DNA of 64,000 nucleotides from a virus. Taxonomy: Duplodnaviria; Heunggongvirae; Uroviricota; Caudoviricetes. Shown piece after piece: positions 31,233 through 40,870 of this stretch (its first letter is position 1; each line of letters starts with the position of its first letter). Both the position numbers and the translations under genes were made by a program. The notes under the pieces were generated by a model that was not told the origin of the DNA, did no database searches, and saw nothing but the letters and a program-made list of their open reading frames with translations. The stretch is from IMG/VR virus record IMGVR_UViG_3300029305_003293, positions 54,161 to 118,160 of that record. One strand, written 5' to 3'.

Positions 31233-31262
31233 AAAAGAAAGGGCGAAGTTTCCTTCGCCCTA
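31228..31262 (-). terminator. rho-independent terminator
   Basis: Minus strand: GGGCGAAGG-AAA-CTTCGCCC followed by TTTCTTTTTT; after the flotillin-like gene. Confidence 0.6.
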
Positions 31263-31268
31263 TATTAT

Positions 31269-32723
31269 TTACTCCTGAGCAGCCTTGCCGCCAATGAAAC
31301 CAGCAAGCAGACTCATAGGATCTACGCCGGTAGCATCCTTTACGCCAGACATAATCTGGTTCATAGAGGTGGTAATGTCACTAATCATCTTAGCCTGATT
31401 ACCATCACCATACATAGTGATAGAATCAACATTGGCAAGAGGAGCGGCAACAGCCTGTGCAATCAAAGGCATGGCGTGGAAATACATTTCCAGAACAGAG
31501 GCTTCACCCATCTTCTTCTGGGCTTCAGCCTTCTTGTCAATACCTTCAGCCTCAGCAAGACCCTTGGCGCGAATACCTTCGGCTTCAGCCGCATACTTAG
31601 CAGCAATACCTTCAGCTTCCTTCTGAGCCGCAAACATCTTAGCTTCAGCTTCTGCACGCAAGGCTTCGGCACGAGCGACAGCAACTTGACGCTCTGCTTC
31701 TGCGCGCTGAACTTCCTCATAAGCCTTTGCTTCAGCTTCCTTCTGACGCTTAATCAGTTCAGCTTCAGCGAGTTTAGCAATAGCATACTGCTTGGCATCA
31801 GCTTCCTTGCGAACAGTGGCATCGAGTTCACGCTCACGCAGATCAATCTTCTGCTTCTGCAGTTCAACTTCGCGCTCCATCTGAGCGATTTCAGCATTGG
31901 TCTGAGTAACATCCAGTTCCTTCTTCTGATCGGCTTCCTGGATCTTATAAGCCATATCAGCGGCTGCGCGCTTCACTTCAGACTGCTGCTTTAGTTCAGC
32001 CTGTCGAATATCAAGAGCATTATTCTGCTCAGCAATCTGAGTTGCGGCCTGCACTTCGGCTTCATTGGCAAGGCGCTGGTTTTCAGCTTCACGCATAGCA
32101 ACATCGCGCTTGGCATCGGACTTGGCAATTGCCGCAGCCTTCTTAATAGCCTCAATATTATCAATACCAAGGTCCTCAATTACGCCATTCTCATCCTTAA
32201 AGTTCTGAACATTGAAGGATACAATTTCAAGACCAAGCTTTTCCATGTCGGGTGCCGCATTTTCAAGAACCTTCTGCGCAAACTTCTGTCGGTCCTGGAC
32301 CATTTCAGTCAGCTTCATCTGACCGATAATCTCACGCATATTACCTTCCAGAACTTCTTGAGCCTTACCAGAAATAACATCTCGACTCTGATTAAGGAAG
32401 TTCTTCGCGGCAAGATCCATCAGACTGGGATCAGAACCAATACGAACATTAACATTGGCATCAGTCCATACATTGATATAATCCGCAGTAGGAACTGCGC
32501 TACGAGTCTTTACATCAACGCCAATTGCGCCAAGATAGAGTTTATCAAGACGATCAACAAAGGGAATTCTGAAACCAGCCTTACCGGTAATAATCTTAGG
32601 GTTCTTTCGAGGGCCAGAAATCAGATATGCCTGATTAGGCGGAGCCTTTACATAACTCATAAACGCAAGAATAGCAACGATAGCAACAATTACTGCGACA
32701 ATACCAATAATAGCAATACCCAT
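31269..32723 (-). CDS. SPFH/band-7 (flotillin-like) membrane protein
   Basis: N-terminal TM helix, an SPFH-like region, then a long Ala/Glu-rich coiled coil. It is followed by a hairpin and a T-tract. Confidence 0.65.
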   Translation of the reverse strand: MGIAIIGIVAVIVAIVAILAFMSYVKAPPNQAYLISGPRKNPKIITGKAGFRIPFVDRLDKLYLGAIGVDVKTRSAVPTADYINVWTDANVNVRIGSDPSLMDLAAKNFLNQSRDVISGKAQEVLEGNMREIIGQMKLTEMVQDRQKFAQKVLENAAPDMEKLGLEIVSFNVQNFKDENGVIEDLGIDNIEAIKKAAAIAKSDAKRDVAMREAENQRLANEAEVQAATQIAEQNNALDIRQAELKQQSEVKRAAADMAYKIQEADQKKELDVTQTNAEIAQMEREVELQKQKIDLRERELDATVRKEADAKQYAIAKLAEAELIKRQKEAEAKAYEEVQRAEAERQVAVARAEALRAEAEAKMFAAQKEAEGIAAKYAAEAEGIRAKGLAEAEGIDKKAEAQKKMGEASVLEMYFHAMPLIAQAVAAPLANVDSITMYGDGNQAKMISDITTSMNQIMSGVKDATGVDPMSLLAGFIGGKAAQE

Positions 32724-32757
32724 AATTCTTTATCTCCTTTTATTTAGTTTTCAAAAT

Positions 32758-33369
32758 TCATAGTTCCCAAGAATACTCATTTGGAGCATTCTTATGGCGT
32801 TCTTTATATTCCCTTACGAAGGGGTCTTTCATCATCTCGTCTGGCCAACATTCAGACCAAATCTGATGAATTGAAATTGGTGCCAAATCATTGGTATCTA
32901 CACCAATATGATAAGTACCTCTATTGAAACCTTTCGGCGCATTACTGTGAATGTGACCGTAAAGATTTACAACTTCACTATTGTCTTGTACCACCATCTG
33001 CATAAATTCTTCGCTTGCGATGGGGAAATGGCACAAGATAAAGAATCTGCCTTTATATCGAATATATGCAATATCCTGCACTTCAATACCAAGACTTTTA
33101 TAAATTTCAATACGCTTTGGCGTATCGTGATTACCTCGAACGAGAATAATCTTACCATTGAGTCTTTTAATAAGAGGAGCGATCTTATCATATGGCCCCA
33201 TACTTAAATCACCGAGCACATATACCGTATCTTCTGAATGAACCCTATCATTCCAATTTTTGATAAACACTTCATTCATTTCCTCAACAGTCTCAAAAGG
33301 ACGAGATACTGGTTCGTACTTGAGAATGTTCTGGTGATTAAAATGTAGATCTGAAGTAAACCAAATCAA
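32758..33369 (-). CDS. calcineurin-like metallophosphoesterase
   Basis: FTSDLHFNH...GDLSMG...GNHD motifs. Confidence 0.7.
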   Translation of the reverse strand: MIWFTSDLHFNHQNILKYEPVSRPFETVEEMNEVFIKNWNDRVHSEDTVYVLGDLSMGPYDKIAPLIKRLNGKIILVRGNHDTPKRIEIYKSLGIEVQDIAYIRYKGRFFILCHFPIASEEFMQMVVQDNSEVVNLYGHIHSNAPKGFNRGTYHIGVDTNDLAPISIHQIWSECWPDEMMKDPFVREYKERHKNAPNEYSWEL

Positions 33370-33370
33370 T

Positions 33371-33949
33371 TTATTCCCTCACAATCCATACACCTTTTAC
33401 TTTTTCATATTCTCCAATAGTAGGAATATTCATTTTTCCGAACATTTCAGTAATAGATTTTTCTGGAACTCTTGTTCGACCTTCACGCTGTTCATTACGC
33501 TTTAAACAAACTGCGAGAGGAGTATCCATAAACACCCAATAGATCTCATATGAAAAATTGATTTCTCGCGAAAGCGCATTATACAACTTGCGGCGAGAGC
33601 CAAGATTCAAATGAGTCGCATCTGCGGTAGTATCTCCGAAACTAAGACCAAGTTTAATATTCTCGATAAACTTGTCATATACCTCGTGCTCATGCGCGAA
33701 ATAGTCATCGCCAGGCTGAAGCAACTTAAAACGAATTTCATCTCGAGATACATAATAATGATCGGGAAAATGTCGCTTAGCCCAAGTGGACTTACCACTA
33801 CCGGGCGCCCCGCACATCACATATAAACGAGGAATATCGTGGGTTATCCCGTTCGTATTCCAATTCTGTTCTTGCTTCATCAAGAAACACCCCATTCTTA
33901 AAATCTTCAAGGAATTCTTCAACTTCCAACTGGTTTCTACACTCAACAT
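33371..33949 (-). CDS. P-loop kinase, polynucleotide kinase-like
   Basis: MCGAPGSGKSTWA Walker A; adjacent to the metallophosphoesterase. Confidence 0.5.
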   Translation of the reverse strand: MLSVETSWKLKNSLKILRMGCFLMKQEQNWNTNGITHDIPRLYVMCGAPGSGKSTWAKRHFPDHYYVSRDEIRFKLLQPGDDYFAHEHEVYDKFIENIKLGLSFGDTTADATHLNLGSRRKLYNALSREINFSYEIYWVFMDTPLAVCLKRNEQREGRTRVPEKSITEMFGKMNIPTIGEYEKVKGVWIVRE

Positions 33950-34199
33950 GATTTACTGTGTGTTTACAAGTCGGACAATACATTAATTTACGATGATTCT
34001 TGCCTTTAAGTTTATTGCCAGCCCTAGCGATCGGGATACCGCGATTGCCGCAGTTAATACAATAAAAATTATGAAAATCCCAATCGCGACAGCCCTTACC
34101 CATTCTCTTCTTCCATTTTCTTCTTTTGATCGAAATAGGCAAGAACTCGATCAATACCTGTAAGCCACATTTCTCTAGCTTTGTCGGCACATTTTTCAC
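33798..34199 (-). CDS. zinc-finger protein
   Basis: Four CxxC pairs. Confidence 0.3.
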   Translation of the reverse strand: MKNVPTKLEKCGLQVLIEFLPISIKRRKWKKRMGKGCRDWDFHNFYCINCGNRGIPIARAGNKLKGKNHRKLMYCPTCKHTVNHVECRNQLEVEEFLEDFKNGVFLDEARTELEYERDNPRYSSFICDVRGAR

Positions 34200-34262
34200 A
34201 ATAATAAAGATTTAACATGGGATTATAGAATTGAGATTCTCCATTACAAAGTTCACATTTCA

Positions 34263-34562
34263 TCACCAAATATCCTCCGAATAGAGAACTGTGGGTGTAA
34301 TGGTATCATTGATATGTTCCTCAATATAGGAATCAAGAAACTGATGATACCGCACCGCTTCTTGATAAGCTTCTGTCCTCGTAAGGAACTCACCTTTTTC
34401 ATTCAGAAAACCTTGCGCAAGTTCTTTGTAATCAGAACCCTTGTAAAAACCAAATTCTTTCAGAATTTGAAAAGCATCGCAATGACGATGACAGGGGATA
34501 ATAATATCCCTTGTGCCATCTGTGTCAAAAAATTTAATTTTGACAGCTGCTCTTGTTATCAT
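34263..34562 (-). CDS. hypothetical protein
   Basis: 99-aa ORF. Confidence 0.3.
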   Translation of the reverse strand: MITRAAVKIKFFDTDGTRDIIIPCHRHCDAFQILKEFGFYKGSDYKELAQGFLNEKGEFLTRTEAYQEAVRYHQFLDSYIEEHINDTITPTVLYSEDIW

Positions 34563-34579
34563 TGATTATCCCCTTTCTT

Positions 34580-34624
34580 AACCTTACATATATATTATAT
34601 AATATTTTTTCTAATTTTTCAATT
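34580..34624 (-). promoter_or_regulatory. sigma70-type promoter, repeated family
   Basis: Minus strand: TTGAAAAATTAGAAAAAATATTATATAATATATATGTAAGGT. Confidence 0.6.
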
Positions 34625-35417
34625 AGAAGGTTGGAAGTTCTTGATTGGGAGTAAATGCAATTATATCATTTGTTTCCAAATCCAGCAAACAAATAGTATC
34701 TGTTCTAAAAGCGCAAGTATCCATATCAATCTTGTTAGGCTGATATTTCATAGGTTTCCATACTCTTGGCACTTCTTCTTCAATACAATCATAAACATAT
34801 TTTACAGGAGTATGACCGTGGATAAGAACGCGCCCTTCAATCCACTTTTCTTCAAAATGATTTCGATCCCAGAGCATATCTCGACCAGAACCCCAGTTTT
34901 CTCGCGAACAACCTGCATGACAAAAATCGTATTTTCCCATTTGAAGATTAATAGGAAGTTTAGCGATTTTACTTACAATATCAACAGGGGCACCGTCAGC
35001 AATCCAAGCTTCAATAGTAGGAACACCACCATTGCTCATATGAAGTTGAGTATCATATTCTCCGGACCACATCATATCAGCAATAGTATTAAATTGATTG
35101 GCATATTCACGAACAGTAAGACCGTCATTTGCTGCGGCGTTCTTGATCTCAAAACAAGACCGTACAAACAGATCTTCGTGATTACCCATAAGATAAATCA
35201 CATTAGGCATAGAAAGCATTTCTTTCATAATTTTATATCCATCGGGACCGCGATCACAAGCATCGCCCAGGAAGATAAGAGTTGTTTCCTCTTGTTCGAG
35301 TTCTTGTTTAACTTGCTCCCAAAGACCACCCATTCCGTGGATATCAGACATTACCAAATATCTCATATTTATCACACCTTTCATATATATTATATCAAAA
35401 ATTATAAAAAAAATCAA
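34623..35417 (-). CDS. Ser/Thr phosphatase-like metallophosphoesterase
   Basis: MSDIHGM...GDACDRGPDG...GNHED motifs. Confidence 0.65.
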   Translation of the reverse strand: MIFFIIFDIIYMKGVINMRYLVMSDIHGMGGLWEQVKQELEQEETTLIFLGDACDRGPDGYKIMKEMLSMPNVIYLMGNHEDLFVRSCFEIKNAAANDGLTVREYANQFNTIADMMWSGEYDTQLHMSNGGVPTIEAWIADGAPVDIVSKIAKLPINLQMGKYDFCHAGCSRENWGSGRDMLWDRNHFEEKWIEGRVLIHGHTPVKYVYDCIEEEVPRVWKPMKYQPNKIDMDTCAFRTDTICLLDLETNDIIAFTPNQELPTF

Positions 35418-35418
35418 A
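35378..35418 (-). promoter_or_regulatory. sigma70-type promoter, repeated family
   Basis: Minus strand: TTGATTTTTTTTATAATTTTTGATATAATATATATGAAAGG, directly after a terminator. Confidence 0.55.
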
Positions 35419-35445
35419 CGAGAGCTTAATGGCTCTCGTTTAGCT
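35413..35445 (-). terminator. rho-independent terminator
   Basis: Minus strand: AAACGAGAGCC-ATTAAG-CTCTCGTTT followed by GATTTTTTTT. Confidence 0.6.
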
Positions 35446-35564
35446 TCCGCAATTCGCGGTTAATCTTTTTAATAATATTAGCATTACCTGCGGGATCTCT
35501 CGCATCAAGAAGATGCTTACGGGTTTCCAGCTGCTTAATTCTCGTTTCCTTACTCATCCACATA

Positions 35565-35834
35565 TTAGTCTTCCTCCAAATTATCAAAAGTCATAAGTTC
35601 TCTAAATTCTCCGGCATCGACACGCATTTTAGCGACATCCCAGAAAGTCAGATCATCTAGATCTTCCTCGCTAATATCACCATCAGGACAATACATTTCC
35701 TGAATTTCCACAAAATTTTCGCCATACCAACACCAATTATCTACTCCTGCTCTTTCAAGAGCATCAAGTTTCATCTGATCGGTAAGTAATTTAACAAGTT
35801 GAACTTCAGTAAGAACAAATAACTTTTCTTCCAT
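35565..35834 (-). CDS. hypothetical protein
   Basis: 89-aa acidic ORF. Confidence 0.3.
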   Translation of the reverse strand: MEEKLFVLTEVQLVKLLTDQMKLDALERAGVDNWCWYGENFVEIQEMYCPDGDISEEDLDDLTFWDVAKMRVDAGEFRELMTFDNLEED

Positions 35835-36142
35835 TATTCATCTTCACTTTCATTGAAGAAATCAAGATCAAGGTCAATACTGTGATTATGGCCAGAAGCA
35901 AATAGATAACCAATCATAGCTAAAATGCCAGAATATCGAGGAATAGATGCCGCGGCAATAGTAGTATTAAACATTGTACTTAAAGTCGGAGCAAGCCAAG
36001 AACCAAAGAAAAGATTTGCTAGCCAACCAAAAATCCAACCTCCAAAATATACTAGAACTGGACCAAAAATAAGAGCAATTAGGGCGGCGGCAAGAACCGC
36101 AGTCGCCTTAGAGACCTTACTAAGAGCAATTTCCTTATTCAT
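35834..36142 (-). CDS. small membrane protein
   Basis: Two predicted TM helices. Confidence 0.3.
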   Translation of the reverse strand: MNKEIALSKVSKATAVLAAALIALIFGPVLVYFGGWIFGWLANLFFGSWLAPTLSTMFNTTIAAASIPRYSGILAMIGYLFASGHNHSIDLDLDFFNESEDE

Positions 36143-36441
36143 TATTCATTATTCTCCTTTTCTTCTTCTTCCTTTTTAGTTGCCATTTCTTCGGCAATTT
36201 TTACATATTTTTCAAAATCAGAAAGGGTAAACGGCACATAAGTGCCAGGCGACAAATATTTAGCAATGACCGCATCCTGTCGAACAGTTTTACCACAACA
36301 TTCACAAACGATTGCTGTAGTCTGTTCCTCTCTTGCCTCTGCATAAAAAAGTGACAAATGTCCGCATTTAGGACAAATACAAGCATTACGATACTTTTTA
36401 ATGCGCTTTTGATAAGCGCGTCGCGCCTCTCTATTCATCAT
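36142..36441 (-). CDS. zinc-ribbon protein
   Basis: CPKCGH...CECCGK. Confidence 0.3.
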   Translation of the reverse strand: MMNREARRAYQKRIKKYRNACICPKCGHLSLFYAEAREEQTTAIVCECCGKTVRQDAVIAKYLSPGTYVPFTLSDFEKYVKIAEEMATKKEEEEKENNE

Positions 36442-36582
36442 ACCTTTTTATTTCCTTCCATCATCATACATTTTCCAAGAGATGAATTATAAGCCATACA
36501 TTGATTTTTATCACAATCGCCGAAATCTACTTTTATTTTAGCAGGCATTTCTTTCCCACCAACGTAAAGATCAACATGATTT

Positions 36583-38049
36583 TTAAGCATTACCATTTTC
36601 TTCAATGGACATTTCATCCTGTGCTTCCTCCATATCAGGTGCAGTAGCATCTTCCTTAATGATACCCTCAAGAACCTTGAAATTAAAATTCTTATGCTTG
36701 TATACTGCGATATCAGGACGATTCACAATACGAGCAACGACACCCTCACGAATATGAGTCTTGCCGATGGGGTCAGGACCATCGAAATACTGTTCTACCT
36801 TGCGGAGAACATATTCGCCAGGAGAACATACACCATAATCAGTGTCGCCAGCCTTATCAACTAGCACTTCACCCGGATTTTCAGGGATAATAAAACGCTC
36901 AAATACAGGGACAGTCTTTACGCCCATCTGTTCGCAACGCATACGCATCTGATCGGGAGACAATTCAACTACATCGCCATCCTCATTTACCTGAGTCATA
37001 CGATATACATAGACTTCACACTTAGGAGCGACAGCCAGACCATACATTCTGGCTTCAGTCAAAGTCATAGTACCAGATTCTACATCTCCAGAATCATCCA
37101 AATTCTGCCATTCATAGCTACCCTCACGGTCGCAGCCATAAGAGAACACAGTCTCTTCACCGTACTGCTTAATGAATTCCTTATCCTTGATCTTAGAATT
37201 CTTCACAGAAGCCATAATAGGAGTGTTGGCATTTACAAAACCGACGATTTCATAGTAAACGACTTCACCCTTACGGAGCTTGCCATCAAACTTTGCAGCC
37301 ATAGCAATACGGAAGTTATTGTCTTCGTAAAAACCACCATCATGCTTGCTATCCAGCACAACACGACGAGTGCCAGTTACATAATCATATTCCTTATACT
37401 GCTTACCCGGACGGCGCAGAATCTTATCCAGAATAGTGCGCTTCATCTGCTTATTGATAGGCAGATAACCGGTACGGCCAGAAGTGCCGTGCATCTTAAG
37501 AGTCAACTCAACAATATCGCCGGTCTTAAACTGGCCCAAGCTATAAGCCAACTGTGCGGTATCAACATGCTCATAGAAAGTAGGAGCGAAGTTAGCCTTA
37601 GCCTTCTTATGACAGCCACCTACAAAAACACCGCCGGAAACACGACGAGGAATATACTTACGACAAATCTCTACTCCACCAAGAGTAGTAATCTGATCTC
37701 CAACCTTCAGGTCAGAAATAGAAGTCCAATTAGCAACAGAAGTCAAGGGCATCAGTATACCATCAGACTTCTCACCGCGCAGACGGATAGCCTTAATATT
37801 ACGCTTATCAGGATCAAGATAACCGCCCGCAGGATTACCATTTTCATCCTTGCGGCGAACTAGATCATTAAAAGCGCAATACTCAGGAGACAACTGACCA
37901 TCGGTCGGGAAGTAAATCATCATCTGGCCAATCTTAGTATCCAGACCAACTACTACATCATTACCAAATACAGTAGCGATCTGAAGTCGATCAGCATTAG
38001 TATGCGGACGCAGATGTTCAATCTTTATAACATATCCACAATACGCCAT
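36583..38049 (-). CDS. RNA ligase (Rnl2-like nucleotidyltransferase) with an N-terminal tRNA-binding-like OB domain
   Basis: LKMHGTSG matches Rnl2 motif I (KxHGxN/S). The N-terminal MAYCGYVIKIEHLRPHTNADRLQ resembles an EMAP/Myf tRNA-binding domain. Confidence 0.55.
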   Translation of the reverse strand: MAYCGYVIKIEHLRPHTNADRLQIATVFGNDVVVGLDTKIGQMMIYFPTDGQLSPEYCAFNDLVRRKDENGNPAGGYLDPDKRNIKAIRLRGEKSDGILMPLTSVANWTSISDLKVGDQITTLGGVEICRKYIPRRVSGGVFVGGCHKKAKANFAPTFYEHVDTAQLAYSLGQFKTGDIVELTLKMHGTSGRTGYLPINKQMKRTILDKILRRPGKQYKEYDYVTGTRRVVLDSKHDGGFYEDNNFRIAMAAKFDGKLRKGEVVYYEIVGFVNANTPIMASVKNSKIKDKEFIKQYGEETVFSYGCDREGSYEWQNLDDSGDVESGTMTLTEARMYGLAVAPKCEVYVYRMTQVNEDGDVVELSPDQMRMRCEQMGVKTVPVFERFIIPENPGEVLVDKAGDTDYGVCSPGEYVLRKVEQYFDGPDPIGKTHIREGVVARIVNRPDIAVYKHKNFNFKVLEGIIKEDATAPDMEEAQDEMSIEENGNA

Positions 38050-38067
38050 ATGTTATTACCTCTTTTC

Positions 38068-38112
38068 TTTATCTTACATACATTATACAATATTTTTTAG
38101 TATTTTTCAAAT
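38068..38112 (-). promoter_or_regulatory. sigma70-type promoter, repeated family
   Basis: Minus strand: TTGAAAAATACTAAAAAATATTGTATAATGTATGTAAGAT. Confidence 0.55.
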
Positions 38113-38639
38113 CAATAATCGTCGTTCCAATTTTTCTCCATGTCCCAAGGACGAACTTCATAACCCTTTTCCGAAAGAACTTTTACCTGTTCATCGGTGA
38201 GATAGTTAATATGTTCGCTGTTGCGGCAGATATAATATTCAGGAGGGTCGAAAGGAAATAGCTGGCTTTTATACATTTTAACCCAGCCCTCTTCTTCCAT
38301 TTCAATTTCAGTTTTATGAATAACTCGGTCGGCGATCAACTGATGTTGCCAATACTGACAACCATAAAAAGTGCCATCGGGAGCAAGCCAGCCAATACGA
38401 GAGGTGGGCGTTAGAAGAGCGCTATTATCCAATTCATCCCAACCTTTTGCGAAAACAACATCATTCTTTTCATCAGAATATTCTTTGCCACAAGTCCAAT
38501 AGTGATAGCCACCTGCGGCATTATATACCTTATATTCTTCACCTAGAACAGGCTCTTTGTCAGTATCAATCAGCCAATGGCCGTTATCAACAATTTCACC
38601 ATTTCTAATAATTCGTCTTTCGTGCAGAAACCAAGGCAT
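38112..38639 (-). CDS. hypothetical protein
   Basis: 175-aa ORF. Confidence 0.3.
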   Translation of the reverse strand: MPWFLHERRIIRNGEIVDNGHWLIDTDKEPVLGEEYKVYNAAGGYHYWTCGKEYSDEKNDVVFAKGWDELDNSALLTPTSRIGWLAPDGTFYGCQYWQHQLIADRVIHKTEIEMEEEGWVKMYKSQLFPFDPPEYYICRNSEHINYLTDEQVKVLSEKGYEVRPWDMEKNWNDDY

Positions 38640-38650
38640 ATTATTCCTCC

Positions 38651-39097
38651 TTAGTTAAGCAGATCTTTAAGAACTTTACTTGCGGCGCCCATATCCATTT
38701 TGCCATTATATTCGCTTTTGAGGAACTTCATAATAGCGCCCATATTCTTTTTATCAAGAGCAAGACCAGAAAATACAACAATCTCTTTAATTTCGTCAGG
38801 ATCAGAAATTACCTGCGGCGCAAACTCCGCGATAATTTTTTCCTCGGCCTGATACTTCTCAAGCAAATCAGTGCGGTTTGCGGGACAAGTAGACAGAGTA
38901 TCTGCCATCTGCTTTTGAATTTTGAGAATTTCAGCATCGACGAAATCTTCAGTAATATTGTCTCGACAACCCTTGTCGATTGCCGCTCTCTTGATCTGAG
39001 CGACCATCTGAGAAATTACATTGCGACGGAAAGTATCCTTATTTTTAAGAGCCACCAAAGACTCCATTTCAAGTCTTGAAATATTCATATTTATCAA
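38651..39097 (-). CDS. GatB/YqeY-domain protein
   Basis: Helical protein carrying the AIMKFL...GKMDMGAASKVLKDLL C-terminal signature. Confidence 0.5.
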   Translation of the reverse strand: MINMNISRLEMESLVALKNKDTFRRNVISQMVAQIKRAAIDKGCRDNITEDFVDAEILKIQKQMADTLSTCPANRTDLLEKYQAEEKIIAEFAPQVISDPDEIKEIVVFSGLALDKKNMGAIMKFLKSEYNGKMDMGAASKVLKDLLN

Positions 39098-39111
39098 TCT
39101 CCTTTAATATC

Positions 39112-39270
39112 TCATAGCTTGTTCGATAAAGAGAAGAGTTGCGAGGAGACAAGCAGCCATTCCAGTAAAGGGAGTAATACCAGTTTCAACCACACCTACA
39201 AGATAAGCGATCTGATTAACACTAAGAAAACCCCACCAGCAAGCACAAAGAATAGAAAGACCTTTCATAA
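39112..39270 (-). CDS. small membrane protein (about 52 aa)
   Basis: Reverse-strand ORF MKGLSILCACWWGFLSVNQIAYLVGVVETG..., absent from the 60-aa track. Confidence 0.25.
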
Positions 39271-39274
39271 TTAC

Positions 39275-39440
39275 TGTTCTTCCTTAGCTCTCTTATAATA
39301 CAAACCAGAGTTAATAAAATCCAATAAAGCAATAATAGCCCAAAGTCCCCAGTTTTCACCAGTCTTAAAAGCTGAAAGCGCAGCAGCAGAAGCGAACGAA
39401 CCAGCGATAAGATACATTACATACAAAGTTTTAGACATTT
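39275..39440 (-). CDS. small membrane protein (about 54 aa)
   Basis: Reverse-strand ORF MSKTLYVMYLIAGSFASAAALSAFKTGENWGLWAIIALL... Confidence 0.25.
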
Positions 39441-39748
39441 TAATCCTCCATTTGTCCTTTATGCTTAGGCTTTTGATTCTTTTTCTTATTAGGAATTACT
39501 TTGGTAATCGGTGAAATAGCGCCCCAATCGCCACGAATTTTTCGCCACGCTTCATATGAAGCATTAGTTTTTTTCTTTTCTTTCATAATTATCACCTTAT
39601 TTTATTGAAGTAAATATCAAATGCTAGTCGGTATAGGCCCCAACAAATAAGGAGAATGGGAGTCAAAAGAGGAGGGAGAGGAAAGTTCCACCAGCCAAGA
39701 ACATGTCCCAGATTGCCAATACCAATACCAAGATAAAATAAACTCATA

Positions 39749-39985
39749 TCAAAAATCCACCTGAACCCACAATTCATCAATATTAGGATAGTGTGCGTGC
39801 ATCCAGCGTGCGATACGAGCATTACAACTCATATCATCTGCATCGTAGTTGTTAGGATTACAATAAACGCGAGTAGCATTCATATCATTAACCATATTCT
39901 CTTCTTCGAAATTATCCAGATAATCCTGCATAATGCGTTCAAGATGATGCTTATTTACCATACGAACCAGCTGAAACTCAAGCAT
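39749..39985 (-). CDS. hypothetical protein
   Basis: 78-aa ORF. Confidence 0.3.
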   Translation of the reverse strand: MLEFQLVRMVNKHHLERIMQDYLDNFEEENMVNDMNATRVYCNPNNYDADDMSCNARIARWMHAHYPNIDELWVQVDF

Positions 39986-40002
39986 TTATCTTAATCCCCT
40001 TT

Positions 40003-40050
40003 CTTAACCTTACATATATATTATATAATATTTTTTATAAAAAATCAAAG
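40003..40050 (-). promoter_or_regulatory. sigma70-type promoter, repeated family
   Basis: Minus strand: TTGATTTTTTATAAAAAATATTATATAATATATATGTAAGGT. Confidence 0.6.
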
Positions 40051-40138
40051 GGTAGATGACATCATCAAGACTCATCCACCCCAAATTCTAGAAAAACAAC
40101 TACTACAAATACTATCCATAAAAGTATGACAAACTAAA

Positions 40139-40870
40139 TCATACAGGCAATTCTACAATCGTGTCATAAAGCATATGAACCTTGCGGTCACCGCACACAT
40201 CCATACGATGGTCATGATAATGACCGAACCACCAGTGATCATAACCTATGCCATTAAGATCAATTAAAAGTTGGAAAAAATTCTCCATGGTAGAATCTAC
40301 TTTTGATTGGTCCACATCAGGCAGAAACAAATCACGAGGCATCCAATCAACTGGACAAGTATGAGTGAAGACATGATCGTAGTGTTCTCCTTCTGAAAGT
40401 TGAAATAATTTTTGTTTCTCTTCGTAAGTTAGTTGTTCATTTGCTACCCATTTATTGCCATTGGTAATACGCCACCATTTATCAACAGAATAAGCTCCAC
40501 CAGCAACAAGACATCTGGTGCCATTAAGAGTAAATTCTGCTACACTCGGCGCGAACCAAACATTTGGCATCCAATGACTTACATAGACAGAATCTCCAAT
40601 ATCTTTGTTTTCAAGATGATATTCAGGTCTATCCTCGGGTCTATCTTCATGATTACCGCGAATACAAAGAATATTAATAGGAGCATTCCTTAATTTATTA
40701 GTAAGTTCCATATACCGCTTATGATTAGGAGGATAATAATTGATACCAGCATCGCCAAGAATGATTAAAAGATCAAAAGTAGTTGTAGATGCCTTCTTAC
40801 AAAAATCATCCAAAAAATCAAAATTTCCATGCGTATCACCGCGAATAAAAATTCTATCAAAATTTCTCAT
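40139..40870 (-). CDS. calcineurin-like metallophosphoesterase
   Basis: FIRGDTHGN...GDAG...GNHE motifs. Confidence 0.65.
   Translation of the reverse strand: MRNFDRIFIRGDTHGNFDFLDDFCKKASTTTFDLLIILGDAGINYYPPNHKRYMELTNKLRNAPINILCIRGNHEDRPEDRPEYHLENKDIGDSVYVSHWMPNVWFAPSVAEFTLNGTRCLVAGGAYSVDKWWRITNGNKWVANEQLTYEEKQKLFQLSEGEHYDHVFTHTCPVDWMPRDLFLPDVDQSKVDSTMENFFQLLIDLNGIGYDHWWFGHYHDHRMDVCGDRKVHMLYDTIVELPV

Noticed and set aside
31476-31994. Plus-strand 172-aa ORF and other ORFs inside the flotillin-like gene
   Set aside because: These are artefacts of the Ala/Glu-rich repetitive coiled-coil coding sequence.
34641-35429. Plus-strand 262-aa ORF
   Set aside because: It fully overlaps a minus-strand metallophosphoesterase that has clear catalytic motifs. 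The plus-strand product is a low-complexity antisense artefact.
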